Positions 26,654 through 40,450 of a stretch of DNA of 64,000 nucleotides are shown one piece after another (the stretch's first letter is position 1; every line of letters begins with the position of its first letter). This DNA comes from Hemiscyllium ocellatum (lineage: Eukaryota), in the NCBI RefSeq assembly GCF_020745735.1, contig NW_026867509.1, positions 1,860,001 to 1,924,000 on the forward strand. Reading direction: 5' to 3'. A model generated the notes under the pieces. It was not told the origin of the DNA, ran no database searches, and saw only the letters and a program-made list of their open reading frames with translations. Position numbers and translations under genes: made by a program.

Positions 26654-27778
26654 AATGCTCGACAGCAAACCATTCACTTCTTGTTTTATTTTGACCTGAC
26701 TGAACCCAGATCAAAAATAGGCTTCAATTCCGAGTCAATTGAGGACTCTTTTCTTTGTTCCGATTGACTGGTTTCTCTTACTTCAACAATATATGACTCC
26801 TTTATGGTTAATTGCAGTTGAATGTCTACAATCATTTACCTGATATCGTTATGGTTTTCTCACCCACTTGCTCAGTCTCAAACTTTCAGACATTATGTTT
26901 CTTTCTTGGTTTATTTCAATTTCATTTCAAGCTGAATGGCTATGTACTCAAGGAAGCAAATAGCTCTCTATAGGTAAACTGAAACGAGACGTAATGCAAA
27001 ATTTATGAAATACTCAGGTCTAAGTCAACGTCTGCAGCAAAGGTGCTCAATTAATCATCACAGTTAAAAGACCAGGAAGGAAATGAAAATTCGTCATCCA
27101 CCTCCAAACTGTGGAGTCTTACACTTGGAGCCACCTTGCTGTGGAAAGTTCATAACTTCTACCAGTCTCTACTGTGACCCCAGAGGCTTGAAACCCAATG
27201 TCCCTTGTCATGCTTTTGAATTACATCACTTTCAAAAGATTGCAGTTTTTGGATGGAATAGGATCCAGACGTTTTAGAATTTTAAAAAAAACTTACTCAC
27301 ATCTAAGTTCTATAGAAGTTGGAAAGGCGCAGCAATATGTCATTCATCCCTTTGACCCCGCTTCACCATTTCAGAATATCACAGCTGCTCTGATTATGGC
27401 CTCAGCTCTTCTTCCATGTCTGGCCTCAGAATGCATTTCTCTCTCATAAATCAATTTTCTGTGCAATTCCACCTTGAGTACATTCAATGGCCCAAACAGC
27501 ACTTTTATGACAAATATGAATTCCAAAGAGAAACGACGCTCTAAGGGAGAAGTAAAACATGTCATCATCTCAATTTAAGTGACAGTGTGGGAAATTTTAA
27601 AAGGTTTGCCTCTTAGTTCCATTGTCACCAAGAAGTAATTTCATCTACTCCACATCCAAAGGTTTTTAATCACTTAGGATATTTCATGTTCTGCACTAAA
27701 CACCGTCTATGAATCTCACTGTTTTCCCAATGCGTTTGTATTTTTCTCTCCTGATGCCCTTGATTGTCAACCTGACAC

Positions 27779-27817
27779 AGTTTTTGTGCAGGGGACTAGG
27801 CACTTCCATTCACTGTG
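27779..27817 (-). promoter_or_regulatory. 23-RSS (CACAGTG-23-ACAAAAACT)
   Basis: Heptamer 27811-27817, spacer 27788-27810, nonamer 27779-27787. Confidence 0.96.
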
Positions 27818-28298
27818 GGTCGAAATGCACAGTAATACACGGCACTGTCTGTCAGCTTCAAGTTTTTCACTGATAAGTGGAAAGTGCCTTTGTCCAGGTT
27901 GAGTTTCGCATGGAAGCGTTCAAAGCCGTGAGCCGTCTCATTAAATCCATAACTATCGGCTCTGAGCAGATATCGAGGAGCTTCCTGTGAATACTGGGAG
28001 TACCAGAACATGTAGTAGCTTGCAGTTGCAGCAGATACCGAGTAATTACAGGTTATTACTGAGTCTTCGCCCATTAATGCTTCGACCCGTTGTTGTGACT
28101 GGAACACTGAGTCTGCATTACTCAACTCTGAAATTAAAAAGCGACACACAGTGGGTTAGAGACAGAATGAGAAAGGGCTAATCCCCTGTAGATTGATTTT
28201 GAAAATACAATGGGTATTTGGGCATGTCGCCTGTAGAGTCACCTGAACAAACCTGCGAATAAGAGAATACCCAGAGTCAGGCAGAGTTTTAATCCCAT
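27818..28298 (-). CDS. TRAV/TRDV: Intact TCR alpha/delta V gene segment (leader 28298-28253, V exon 28127-27818)
   Basis: Spliced product MGLKLCLTLGILLFAELSNADSVFQ...VITCNYS...MFWYSQYSQEAPRYLL...DSAVYYCAFRP. GT-AG phase-1 intron of 125 nt; Cys23, Trp41 and Cys104 present. Alpha versus delta cannot be decided from this window. Confidence 0.95.
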
Positions 28299-29876
28299 TA
28301 TTCCCAACTGATCTCCAGAAGCTGAGACACTAATCACTCTCCGTACCATATCTGGAACTGAAGAAGTTCAAACAGCCGGGGATGTGGTGTGTTTGATTAA
28401 CCTTTATCACCCCGCCCATTTTCATTTTTTCCGAACAACCACATGACGGGAAATAATGATCTTCAACAAATAATCATACAGTGCCCTCCTGTGGCCACCA
28501 GCCAACCTTTGATAAACACTCAGACACAGTCATGACCAAGTGACAGATATATATATCGACTCGTTCATGCACGCATGCATGCAGCCACAAATGTAAAACA
28601 AGGCACGAAAATCAAATGTGCTATGAAAGTTTATAAGGTGGTAAACGAACATTTCACCTGAGCAGTATATCAGTGCTAGTCAATACCTCATGTTCAATGA
28701 ATGTCTCCTTGGAAAAAACTGAGTACTTCTTTCAAATTGAATCCATCAGAGAGTTTCAGCCCCATCCCCACTCGCTCACGTTTGCGAGAGTTCTTTTATA
28801 CCATACTCTATCAAATTCCATCCTGATGTGCAGGAAAACAATTTTCACACCGTGTCTGTTATTTTTGTACGTTTGGACAAAGGATGCAATAGGTTCAGGA
28901 GCTGAGTGGACCTGGTGGAAGGCACTTGAGCATCATCTTCGTGGCCAGCAGAGCCCACAAGACTTTCGGATGTATTGAGAATCGACAAGACACCGGCAGG
29001 ACATCCATTATCTTGCCCTTCGCAATTTCATGCAGATTTCCACTACGGGTTAAACTATACCAGATGTTTCCTCCACGTGCGGTTTTCAGATGTTATTAAT
29101 CTTTTGAACTCACATCCTGAACAACCATCAGACGTTGTCTATTTGAAATTTTACAAGGTTCAAGTAGATGGGTTATTGATAAACAAGAGGGTGAAAGGTC
29201 TTAGAAGTTCAATTGGAATTCTATGTCTGGTTACAATCAGAACGGTCTTGATTTTATTTAAAAGTGAAGCACAATCTACGTGTTACGTAGTCTAATCCTG
29301 GTCCTTGTTCCAATGTTCCCTCATTCATATTACAAACTGACACTGCCTAGTAATATACCATGGTGTCAGACAGCCGGGGCGCCGAGTTTGTAAATCAATA
29401 CGTTGGGTAATATTCCCAATTTGACATTGGTCTGATCCTTGGTGCATTGTTCTTGGAATTTAAACTGCCACACAGATAATGAACGCCCGATTGCAGGTCA
29501 CAGGCGAAAGAGATATCATGAGGACCCACCCCACAACGTCCTAAAAATCTATTCCTTCTGATTGACCAGTTAATTCGCATGAAATAAATGTAAACTCTGA
29601 TTGCTATAAATCTTCATTGTTAGTTGCGACGTAATTAATTTTGATAATAATAACGTCGGTTAGTCATCTTTGACGATTTTATATCACGTGATAAAGTAGC
29701 ATAGCAGGTGATAAATGAAAGACAAAATGAATATTCTAACACCAAACAAGCCTTTGCTAGGCAATGGACAGCCGATTCTAATTGCTAGTTGCGAGATCTC
29801 GCATTTCTAAGCAATAATTGAATACAATGGCTTTTATTTTTGTCTAGGGATTCTGCTCCATCTCTAAAGCACTGTG

Positions 29877-30355
29877 AGATACATAGTACAGAATTAGACT
29901 GTAGACTCAGAAATAAGAGTGTTGTTGTATGTCAGTTTGGTCGTGTTGACAATGCTCTCAAACGTTGACGAGAAACTTTCTGTGACGTTTGGATTCCTTT
30001 TTACATTCTTTCCTATATAACGAATAACATTCCGTAGAGGTTGTCTAAGATGAAGACATTTGCAGTACATCTACGTTTGATTGCAACTTTTTTTTAAGCT
30101 GCAGGTTACTGCGACCATTCTTCCAACTTGAACCACCATTTCAGGGACCAGCCGTTCCAAAGTTGCTTGATGGTTCCACTCAAAGCGAAAACCACGTCCA
30201 ATAATCATCATGGTCACCACCATTTACTACGTTCATATTCAACCTGTAAAAATACGTTTGTCACAACACTCGAAGAGAATGGATATATGCTGGAAAGGAG
30301 AAGTAATACTGGGAAATACTAAAATGATCAGGAGCAGAAAAAGAAGCTTCTGCAT
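29877..30355 (-). pseudogene. TCR V pseudogene, paralog of the 49k V
   Basis: 46-nt leader 30355-30310 MQKLLFLLLIILVFP. Acceptor AG changed to TG. V exon 30180-29877 reads EWNHQ...VAVTCSLKKS...RNPNVTESFS...STV*FCTMYL with stops and a frameshift. CACAGTG at 29870-29876 with ACAAAAATA 26 nt away. Confidence 0.88.
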
Positions 30356-31949
30356 ATTGTGGTGTGATTCCACAGTGCAGTCTAAAATGCCCATTGTCAG
30401 AACAAAAGTACATTCCCTCACCCAATTGATGTCTAATCCAATGAATGACGAACTAAATTGGCAACTTGGCCAGACCGAGGTCAGCAAAGGGAAGCTGAAG
30501 AAGAGACTGGCGATGTTTTGCTGCTCAAGTATGAGTTGAGAGAATGTGCTATATGCGTGACTCTGGCGTCCTCTTGTGTTGTCTCTGTGCAAAGTATTCT
30601 GCACGACAAAGCATGAAGTATTGTTGAATATCGTTATCTGTAGAGTAACTGAGAGAAGATGTATGATATTTTTGGAGACTGTGGAAGCAATTGTGTTTTC
30701 TGCTCACTATTTTCAACGATTTTATGCTTATTTCTCCAGTCGCCTTTTTTGTGATCCTTTTGCATTTCCTCCTTGTTGGTGTGCGTTGCTTGTTTTCCTT
30801 CGGATCCCTCAGTTTGTGATTTTTCATTCTATTTATTTCAGGTTGAATCTAAATCTCTATTTTCTGTTTTCGTTTTCTTTCTCTCTATCTTTCACCGACA
30901 GGATCTGTGCCCGTTCAAACCCCTGTGATGTTTATTTGTAGAGACAGTTGATACCGAAGAGAGTTGGCTGACAATGTCCGTCACTTGGTCATCTCTCAAT
31001 CGGTTCCTTTCTTCATGTACCCAAATGCACATTGCAATGTAAATCAAAATAAAATTCATGATCTGAATTAGGTTGGTGCGATGAAAACTAAAAGGGTGAG
31101 GCTCAAGGCGATGGTCTTGTTCCCCAAAAGACTTACGTTTGAATCATCTTCCTGTACAATTGTATTTAGAATAGAATATGCCACTACCTTAATTTAATCG
31201 AGTGAAAACATCAATCCACTGACCTTTCTTTTTAGCCATGTGGAAATATGTTGGTAAGCACAACACAGCTTTCTGAAAATGACATTATTAAGACACGTAC
31301 TTCATTGAGTACGTATTTCATTCATTTCATTTTGTGCTTTATTTCTTGTTTATTGTTCTCTAAAGGCACTTAGTAGTGAGATATCCCGTTTATATTTGAG
31401 TGTAATTTGTATCTTGTCTACAATATTTTTGCTTATCCGTTTACCTTGTAAAATTCCTCATTTCTTCTTTATTTCTGACTATAAAATGTCAACACTTCGT
31501 CATTGCTGTGCAATTATAATCTCTGCATGCTGAGAAAAAATGGCATCAACAACTTCGAAAATGACATCTTGATTGAGCGACAATTTCTGATTTTGTTTAT
31601 GAGATCTTAATTCTGGAATTTAGTATTGATGGCTTGTGATTGATGCATGCATTGGAAGAGATTGATGTTTGCCTTGTTAGATGAAGCATCGAGGAGCCTG
31701 GAATTACTATATGAACATTTTGACGACATTTTTGTGAATTGAGTTCTCGATTGTGCAAACAATAACAGCAATGAAACAGTGGAAGCAATATTCCCAGTAA
31801 TGCAAGCGGGTCAAATCACACCAGCAAATGGATGGTGTGGCCGGAATAACTGCCGACTCATAGCTTAATGAATTATTGTGATGGCTCCCAGATGTGCTTG
31901 GAGAAAATGGATTAGAAAGAACGAAGGTTAAACCTCGAGATCTATGTCC

Positions 31950-32556
31950 ACCCTGCACGTGGTTACTGTTCAATTGATTGCAAAGATATTTGGTGGAATC
32001 AGAATACCGAAACATTTAGTTTGGAGTGAGGCACATCAAACTCTTCTATGTTTTTGAAAGAGTTGTCGATTTCTTTTACCCCTATCTGCAGCCTGATGCT
32101 AGGAAATTCACTGCCAGATAAACCGTCTGGCATATTTCTGATCATACTGGTGGTTGTGTTGGAAAATAAGAAAATTTTAACCAATGTTGTCATGCGCATT
32201 TATACTTAGGTTACTCGATAACCTAATTATTTTACTTGTATTTGATGAAGTTAGCCATCAGTCCTAAATATATATGAATGCATTTCTGTATGAGTGTTTA
32301 GACGCTGTCTTTCTGATAGATATAGATTTAGTCTCATTACAATTAGTGGTCCGCTCACCTGCCTTTACAAGTAGACGATGTGTGGATTGGACCCTGCATA
32401 TCCATATCAGACAATGGTGCCAACTGAATGGAGAACAGTATAGGATTTCTCCTGCTACTGCAGTGGTGCTGTTCAATAATGCAGTGTCTCTCTCGGTAAC
32501 AAACACAGACTGCAAAGACATTGATACGGCCTCATTATTAGTTGCGGTTTAAACTT
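31950..32556 (-). pseudogene. Two adjacent V-type Ig-domain relics
   Basis: After ctacag|: SLQSVFVTERDTALLNS..(15 aa)..W...ISIRKTASKHSYRNAF (~32556-32260). Then HQYDQK...RFI (FR2-like) and SKLNVSV/SDSTKYLC (~32230-31950). Heavily frameshifted. Confidence 0.35.
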
Positions 32557-33008
32557 CTGTAGATATAGAGGAATGTCATACAAATACATATAATATGCAT
32601 ATACAGAGTCTATCATCATGAGTCAACGCAGTATGACGGATGGAAGAGTAAGTGATTCCAGGTAGTATTCACTGAAATGATCGTAGGTCTTTTTCACATA
32701 CTGTAACTTCCTGTAAAATAGTAAAACAATTGACAGAAGAAAGAGGCCAGTGAAGATCATGAATGCTTAGCTGAGACATGCACTTATAGCATTGCAGTCG
32801 TTGGACAAATGTCTTAGGTATCCGTGATCACAAAGCTGGATGAAGAGATCCCCAGTTATTTCTATGGGTGCTCATCACCAAACGACTAACTGTTTTGAAA
32901 TGCATCACAAATTATTTTATAATAAAATTTTATTGCAAATTAAACTAACAACTGGTCCTCGGCTATTCTTGGTGAATGTTGTGCTTTATTTTGTTTTTGG
33001 ACTGATAA

Positions 33009-33325
33009 CACTGTGATTCGCATTCTGAAGACTGAACTGCTGTTTCAGTTTCTCCATGTGATGTCGCTCTCTGATGGGCACTAACTGGAATTCTCAACAT
33101 ACATTGTCAGGATGGCTCCGCTATTTCTCTGCTACTCTGCAGACTGTGTGGCGCAGGGATACCCAGCGCTCTCTGAGAGAAGAGCCCAGATGGTATGTGA
33201 ACTGATTTGATCTGTTTGTTCAAAACAACAGAGAATCAATCTGGAAAATCGTCAGTTGCGTCACCTTAGGTATACCATCAGTGAGTAGCGGCTGTCCAAC
33301 AGTTTACAGGACACTGACAGACACA
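33009..33325 (-). pseudogene. Possible V relic with perfect heptamer
   Basis: LILCC..(13 aa)..W and ETAV placed 10 codons before CACAGTG (33009-33015). No credible nonamer. Confidence 0.25.
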
Positions 33326-34499
33326 ATGACATGAAGCTGTTATGAAAATGTTAGTGTGCTTTTAAGACAGTTAAAACAGCAGAACTACCAGAGACAGCAC
33401 CAAGTTTTCTCAATGTAACACTGGGTCAAGCAACTCGATTAGTTCGATGCCTAGAGACATGAACAAATTCGAATTCAGCCAATCTGTTTAAATTATACCA
33501 AGAAAAATGCCAATTCCCAATCAAGGTTCAATTGAGTATATTGACGATGTTAAAAGCTAATGACAGCATTCGGTGCTCTGGGGTATATGATCGGGGAAAA
33601 TTGAATAGTTGAGGAAATAACGGTCAAGTCCGAGGAATGTAACAGACTGATTGAAAAATATCTCTCTTAAAGTATTTTTCGATCAATAACTTGTAAGCAG
33701 ATATTCCTAACAAGAAGAAAAGAAGACACAGACAGATCCGAAGACAAGAACCTAAAGCTGCCAGGTTTTGAGATAAGTGTCGTTTTCTAAATCTTAATTG
33801 TGAGTTTATTGGACTTGTATTATAGAAGGGAAAGTCGCAGATAGGTTAGAGAAATAAATTGCACATAATGGTTAGTTAATTATTCTCCGTTAAACTTTAA
33901 GAAATAAAGATTTTTTTTACTTTGCATACTTCTTGGCTCTCATTGGTCCGATGCTGTCAATACAAGAGATTCAAACTCAATCAGTTTAGTAACCTGGGTA
34001 CAGCTTAAATTAATTTGTTAAGTATGTCTTATTGTCAAAACAACAACCAAAATTCAGCTATTCATTTAAGCCATTTGTTACATGTCGCCACTTTGGAACA
34101 GCCAGTAACTTCGCTGTTCTGTATTCCAGCAGTTGTGGCTGTACTTCAAATTTACTTTAAAATTCAGAACGCACAATCTGTCTTCAAGTGAGCATACACT
34201 CCTTTGATTTTGTAACATGAAGAATTATCGGGTGATGGTGCGTGGACAATTTGAGCCGCATAAATTAGCTTTGTATCAGGATAACCTGTAACAAAAGTAA
34301 GAAGTGATGCAGATAGAGAAAAAGAGTCTTCAGAGCAAGATTACCGGAAATCTGAGGAATAGTTTCCAATTGATGGAAGATATTGGGTGAAAGTTATCTT
34401 TGCTCTAATGACACTGAGATACTAACACTTATCAGCAAAGTGCAACCATCCGATAACCCAAGACAGCAGATCGCTGAAAGTAGGGTTTTAGAATGTGTG

Positions 34500-35990
34500 T
34501 CTTCTATGACAAAGTTGCTCCTTTGAAGATGATTATGCATTTTGTTTTAGAGAGGTCGTAAATGAAACAAGCAGTTGAAATGGGTGATGATGATAATTTC
34601 GTCCATAACACAATGTTTGGCTTCCATAATCAATTTCAATCCGTGAGAGATGGAAATTTGAACAAAGAGAATGCCTCACGTGAAAAGGGGAAAGTAGATG
34701 TCGGTGAAGATCATAAGGAAACCATTGAAGGGGACGGAGAAGTTCAAAATATCCAGTATTTTCACTGCAAAGAAGTAGGCTACATGAAATCACAATGTTA
34801 GTGGTTGAGGAGTAACACTGAGATGATGCGGGAAAACAAAATAAGGCAGTGAATTTTGCTGTTGTGGTAACAGAAAGCACAATGGAGTCTAGAAAGCTGC
34901 ACTAGAGTGTACAAGCCGGTCGGAGTTTGGTTACAGCGTAAATTCCAGATCTTCTTCCACCTTATACTGTGAAGGTAAGGTTTATTCACATTGGCCACGA
35001 ACAGCAGGTGAAGAGGTTACAATATTAAGTTATGCAGGATCCTTTCAGTCTCTGATGCTGCCTGATGAGGAGATGATGCAAGATGATCAGAGGATTAGAT
35101 AGAGTAGACAGTGAAATATTTTTTTCCTAGAATGATGACGCCAGCTTGTATGAGAGGGCATAACTACAAATTGAGGGGTGATAGATTTAAGACAGATGTC
35201 AGCGGCACGTTCCTTATGTAGAGAGTGGTAAGGGCGTGGAATCTCCTTCCTGCTAATACAGTCAACTCAGCCACATTAGGGAGATTTAAACAATCCTTAG
35301 AAAAGCACATGGATGATTTTGGGATAGTGTAGCGGGACGAGCTGAGAACAGTTCACAGGTTGGCGCAACATCGAGGGGCGAAGAGCCTGTTCTGCGCTGT
35401 ATTGTTCTGTGTTCTATATTCTATATGTACTTTTGAAGGACTGTTGTGAAATAAAGTACTAGTAACAGAATTAACGGCGAGACAAGAAGTGCTCAATTAT
35501 GTAAAGTTAGTTTAGAGTGTCCAGTGAAGAATGGAGAATTCGTGGAAGGAGTACTGGGCAAACTCTCGTCTCCAGGAATACAGTTCGTTGCTCACAATAA
35601 TGCATGTGTCGACTAGATTCCCAAGTGTGTTCCAGTATGCAATATCATATGTAAAAGTATTGGAAAGGAATTAGTCAAATTTTTCACGGGTTACGGACTA
35701 CCAACAGAAAAAAATCAGATCACAGGATAACATCACATCAAAATTATGTAAGGAAGTTATGGACAATTTAGGAATAAAACAATTTAAATCTACTGCGTAA
35801 CATCCAGAATGCAGATAGTGAGAGAAGGGCGGCATCATGTATTACAGGCCATGTTGAGGGCTTATAATCAAGAGTATCTCGATGATTGGGATAACAAAAT
35901 TCCGTTTGTGCATTTTGCGATCAGAGATCCACGGGTTGCATCCTCAAAATTCAGTCCACTTGAATTAAATTTTGGCAATGAAGTAAGAGG
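34500..35990 (+). mobile_element. Gypsy LTR-retrotransposon internal fragments (gag knuckle, integrase), interrupted by a CR1 3' piece at ~35090-35425
   Basis: QYFHCKEVGYMKSQC (degenerate CCHC knuckle); WDNKIPFVHFAIRD...FSPLELNFGNEVRG (integrase). Confidence 0.75.
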
Positions 35991-38790
35991 ACAGTTTCTG
36001 CATTCGAGTGGCGCTGGAAAAGTACAGCAGTTCAGGCAACATCCGAGGAGCAGGAAAATCGACGTTTCGGGCAAAACTACTTCATCAGGAATACAGGCAG
36101 AGTGCCTGAAGGGTGGAGAGATAAATGAGAGGAGGGTGGGGGAGGGAAGAAAATAGCATAGAGTACAGTGGGTGAGTGGGGGTGGGGGTGAAGGTGTTAG
36201 GTCAGGGAGGAGGGTGGGGAAGGTAGCAAAGAGTACAATGGCTGGATGGGGGTGGGATGAAGGTGATAGATCAGAGAGGAGGGTGGAGTCGATAGGGGGA
36301 AAAGAAGATAGGCAGGTAGGACAAGTCATGAGGACAGTGCTGAGCAGGAAGTTGGAACTGGGGTGAGGTGGAGGAAGGGGAAATGAGGAAACTGGTGAAG
36401 TCCACATTGAGTCCCTGGGGTTGGAGTGTTCCGAGGCAGAAGGTGAGGCGTTCTTCCTCCAGGCGTCGGGTGGTGAGAGAGCAGCGGTGAAGGAGGCCCA
36501 GGACCTCCATGTCCTTGCAGAGTGGAAGGGGGATTTGAAATGTTGGACCACAGGGCGGTGTGGTTGATTGGTGCGGTTGTTCCAGAGGTGTTCCCTAAAG
36601 CACTGTGCTAGGAGGCGTCCAATATCCCCAATGTAGAGGAGACCGCATCGGGAGCAATGATACAGTAAATGATATTGGTGGATGTGCAAGTAAAACTTTG
36701 ATGGATGCGGTAGGCTCCTTTCATGCCTTGGATGGAGGTGAGGGAGGAGGTGTGGGAGCAGGTTTTGCTATTCCTACGGTGGCAGGGGAAGGTGCCAGGG
36801 CGGGAATGTGGGTTGTTGGGAGGCGTGGACCTGAACAGGTAGTCACGAAGGGAACGGTCTTTGTGGAAGGTGTAAAGGGGTAGGGAGGGAAATATGTCCC
36901 TGCTGGTGGTGTCCGTTTGGTGGTGCTGGAAATGTCGGTGGATCATTTGGTTTTTGAGATGTTTGGTAGGATGGATGGTGAGCATCGGGGGGTTCTATCC
37001 TTGTTATGGTTGGAGGGGTGGGGTCTGAGGGCGGAAGTGTAGGATGTGGACGAGATGCGTTGGAGGGCATCTTTAACCACGTGGGAAGGAAAATTGCGGT
37101 CTCTAAAGAAGGAGGCCATCTGGTGTGTTCTGTGGTGGAACTGGTCCTCCTCGGAGCAGATAAGGCGGATGCTGAGGAATTAGAAGTACGGAATGGTATT
37201 TTTGCAGGAGGTAGGGTGAGAAGAGGTATTACCTAGGTAGCTGTGGGAGTCGGTGTGTTTGTAAAAGAATGTTGGTGCCAAGTCGGTCGTCATTAATAGA
37301 GATGAAGGTGTCTAGGAAGGGGAGGGAGGCGTCAGAGATGATCCAGGTAAATTTAAGGTCAAGGTGGAATGTGTTGGTGAAGTTGTTGAATTGCTCAACC
37401 TTCTCGCAGGTGGTGTCAATGCAGTCATCAATGTAGCGGAGTAAGAGGTGGGGTGTGGTGCTGGTGTAATTACGGAAGATCAACTGTTCTACGTAGCCAA
37501 CAAAGAGACTGGCATAGCTGGGGTCCATACGGGTGCCCATGGCTACCCCTTTGGTCGGGAGGAAGTGGTAGGATTTGAAGGAGAAATTGTTAAGGGTGAG
37601 GACCAGTTCGGCCAAACGAATGAGAGTGTCGGTGGAGGGTACTGTTGGGGACGTCGGGAGAGGAAGAACGGAGGGCTTGGACGCCCTGGTCATAGGCGGA
37701 TGGAGGCGTAGAGGGATTGGATATCCATGGTGAAGATGAGGCGTAATGGGTCGGGGAAACTGAAGTCATGGAGGAGGTGGAGGGCATGGGTGGTGTCTCG
37801 AACGTATGTGGGGGTTTCCTGGACTGGGGATATAGGACAGTGTCGAGGTAGGCAGAGATGAATTTAGTGGGGCAGGAGCATGTTGAGACAATGTTTAGGC
37901 CAGGGTTGTCAGGCTTGTGGATTTTGGGAAGGAGGTAGAACCGGGCAGTGCGGGGTTCCCGGACTATGAGGTTGGAAGCTGTGGGTGGGAGATCTCCTGA
38001 AGTGATGAGGTTCTGTGTGGTCTGGGAGATGATGATTCATTGATGGGGGCTGGCGTCATGATCGAGGGGGCGGTAGGAAGAGATGTCCTCGAGTTGGTGT
38101 CTGTCTTCAGTGGTGTCGAGATCAGTGCACCAGACTACCACTGCACCCGCTTTATCTACTGGCTTGATGTTGAGGTCGAGATTGGAGCAGAGGGAGTGGA
38201 GGACAGTCCGTTGTGAGGGTGAGAGGTTGGAGTGGGAGTGGGGGTAGATAGGTTGAGATGGTTAATGTCCCGGCGGCAATTGGAAATGAAGAGGTCAAGG
38301 GCGGGTAATAGGCAAGCACGTGGTGTCCAGTTGGATGGAGTGTGTTGGAGGCGGGAGAAGGTGTCCTCGGAAGGTGGGTGGGAGACCTGATTGTAAAAGT
38401 AAGCTCAGAGGCGGCAGAAGAAATGTTCGACATCATGGCGTGTATTAAATTTATTGATACGTGGGCAGATGGGGTTGAAAGTGAGTCCTTTGCTGAGGAC
38501 TGATCGTTCGTCCTGAGTGAATGGGAGGTCTGGACGGATGTTAGAACTCAGCAGGGCTGGGAACTGGGATCTGGTGTCGATGTGGAGCTGGGAGTAGGGG
38601 CGGAGCCTGTAACTGGAGTGGGCATGGTGTTAGAGGGAATTGGGTGGAGTCATGAGCAGGAGAGGTGTTCCCCATAGGGTCCTGGGGGTGGGGATGGTGA
38701 CAGTGGGATCTGTGGGAGGCGTGTCAGCAGAATGCAGGTGAGTGGCGTTGTTGGGGGCGGAAGTGGTGGCAAACACAGCAGTGGGGAGCT
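35990..38790 (-). mobile_element. Penelope-like retroelement (RT + GIY-YIG), degenerate
   Basis: ORF 37229-37693 KGVAMGTRMDPSYASLFVGYVE...LRYIDDC (PLE RT); CSRCGLLYIGD (GIY-YIG); terminal repeat with ctgatgaa...gaaacgtc. Confidence 0.9.
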
Positions 38791-39524
38791 GGAAGGCCAT
38801 CAGATATGATTATCAAGATTGATAAACTTTCAGTCTACGCAGCTCCAAACTAAATTTCTGCGAAAGTCTGCTGGTCATTTATGAAAAGTAATTCATCCTG
38901 AATACATTCGTTGGGGCATTGCAATATTATCCAGTTGAATTCAACCAGGAAGTGAGTCACCGGCGTTAGCAGCACCAAAACCAAATGGCGTTCTAACCTG
39001 AGTGAGGTCACAATGAACTTGATACCTTTAAACGGTTGAGGTCATCTTGAGGCTGTCTCACTGCAGTTACTTAGGTCACTATGGACCTGTCCCCACGCAG
39101 TAAGTTCATAATGGGCTTGTACCTATGCAATGAGTGAGGTCGTAATGGGAAAATTTCTCTGTGACTCTGGTTTTAGACACTCTATTGTCTGGGTGAACTG
39201 AACATCTTGAAAAATAAGTTAAACAGTGTCTGTGTTCGCTCTTTTCTTCGCAACTCACTCTCTTTGCATTAAAGGTTTCTAACAGAAGTGTACTCCAAAC
39301 GTTTTTGATTAAAGAAATAGTTTTCTTTTAATTGAAAGACTCTGTGTTAGTTATGTCCATGAAAGCACATTGTTCAACGTCTGACGTCGTGTTTGATATT
39401 ATTAATGAGGTGAAATAGCCATATAATGGACCACGAGGAAAATTATATACTCCACATGCTCGCTCACGTATAAACTCGCTTGAATGGATACTAGCAACTA
39501 ATTCATATTTTATTCGTCTGTGCC

Positions 39525-39830
39525 CACTGTGGGGCTACGTGCAAATCGAGTCGCAGAGCATCTGGAGCCCATAGTCATGGCTGAAGAGCGTCTGTGAAGA
39601 TGGATTGTGGCTATAGAAATCTGGACACACCTTACATGCAGTGGTATCTGCAGAAACTGGTACACATTCCTAAACTGATTTTTACCAAGGTAGTTACGTT
39701 TGACGATGAGGAATTGTCAGGACCGCATGGACGACAACTGTAGACATCTGTTGTGAGTACTGTTAACTCAATATAAGCAGTCTGAGTGCGAAATGTATAA
39801 TGGTCTATTACAATACTATAAGGCATGGAA
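39525..39830 (-). pseudogene. V relic (paralog at ~46352-46620)
   Basis: NVTTL, (W)YQFLQIPL and CDS-ICT*P followed by a perfect CACAGTG at 39525-39531. The paralog has CACTGTG at 46352-46358. Confidence 0.35.
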
Positions 39831-40149
39831 TCAGATAACAGTGAAAAGCTTGGAGAACTCACTGAGTACTTCCAGCTTTATCCCACTCGTGCCTTATCTG
39901 ATGGTGTACTTAGATCTCGTCTTCATAGAGAAGGAAAACTAGTAGACTTACTTATTGTAAGATTACATAACGACTCCTGTCCAAAAGACCTTTAGAATAT
40001 GTTAAGCATTATCTCGATTTCACGATTTATATGATAACTAGGTCAGATCGTAACAGGAATCCTGACATGGATACATAGATACTGTAATCCGTCAAATACT
40101 GAGCACTTACAACTGCAAATGAGGGACTGATATTCCAGTACAGTTACCT

Positions 40150-40450
40150 CACATAACGTAGCAATACTAAGTCTGCACCACTCAGTTCTGTACCAAAACA
40201 GACCTTATCTAAGTTGATGTATGGATTTAACATATTAATACGTCATCACAATAGACTCGTAATGTGACACTATTATGAGGAAACTTTTAGAGAACACGGT
40301 TTCTGCCTCAGACTTCAACAGTTTTGTTTTTTCAGTACATGGCATGAAACAAGAGTGTAGCCATTTTTATTTCCTGTGGTGAAGTTAGACACAGTCCTCT
40401 AGCCTACAGCTAAGGGTACTATCTCTGAACCATAATAACCCATAAAATGT
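40150..40450 (-). pseudogene. V relic (paralog at ~47045-47400)
   Basis: INLDKVCF...GADL resembles LNLDKGTF...TDSA of the 28k V. The paralog has DNALC, W....QARSNCLMK and gcagactcagtattac. Confidence 0.25.

Noticed and set aside
30239-30604. ORF ending MQKLLFLLLIILVFPSITSPFQHISILFECCDKRIFTG read as a chemokine or viral envelope
   Set aside because: The hydrophobic part is the 46-nt leader of the 30k V pseudogene; the CC lies in intron read-through
32990-33015. 12-RSS at the CACAGTG of 33009-33015
   Set aside because: The best nonamer at 12 nt (AAACAAAAT) is weak and lies in an A-rich tract
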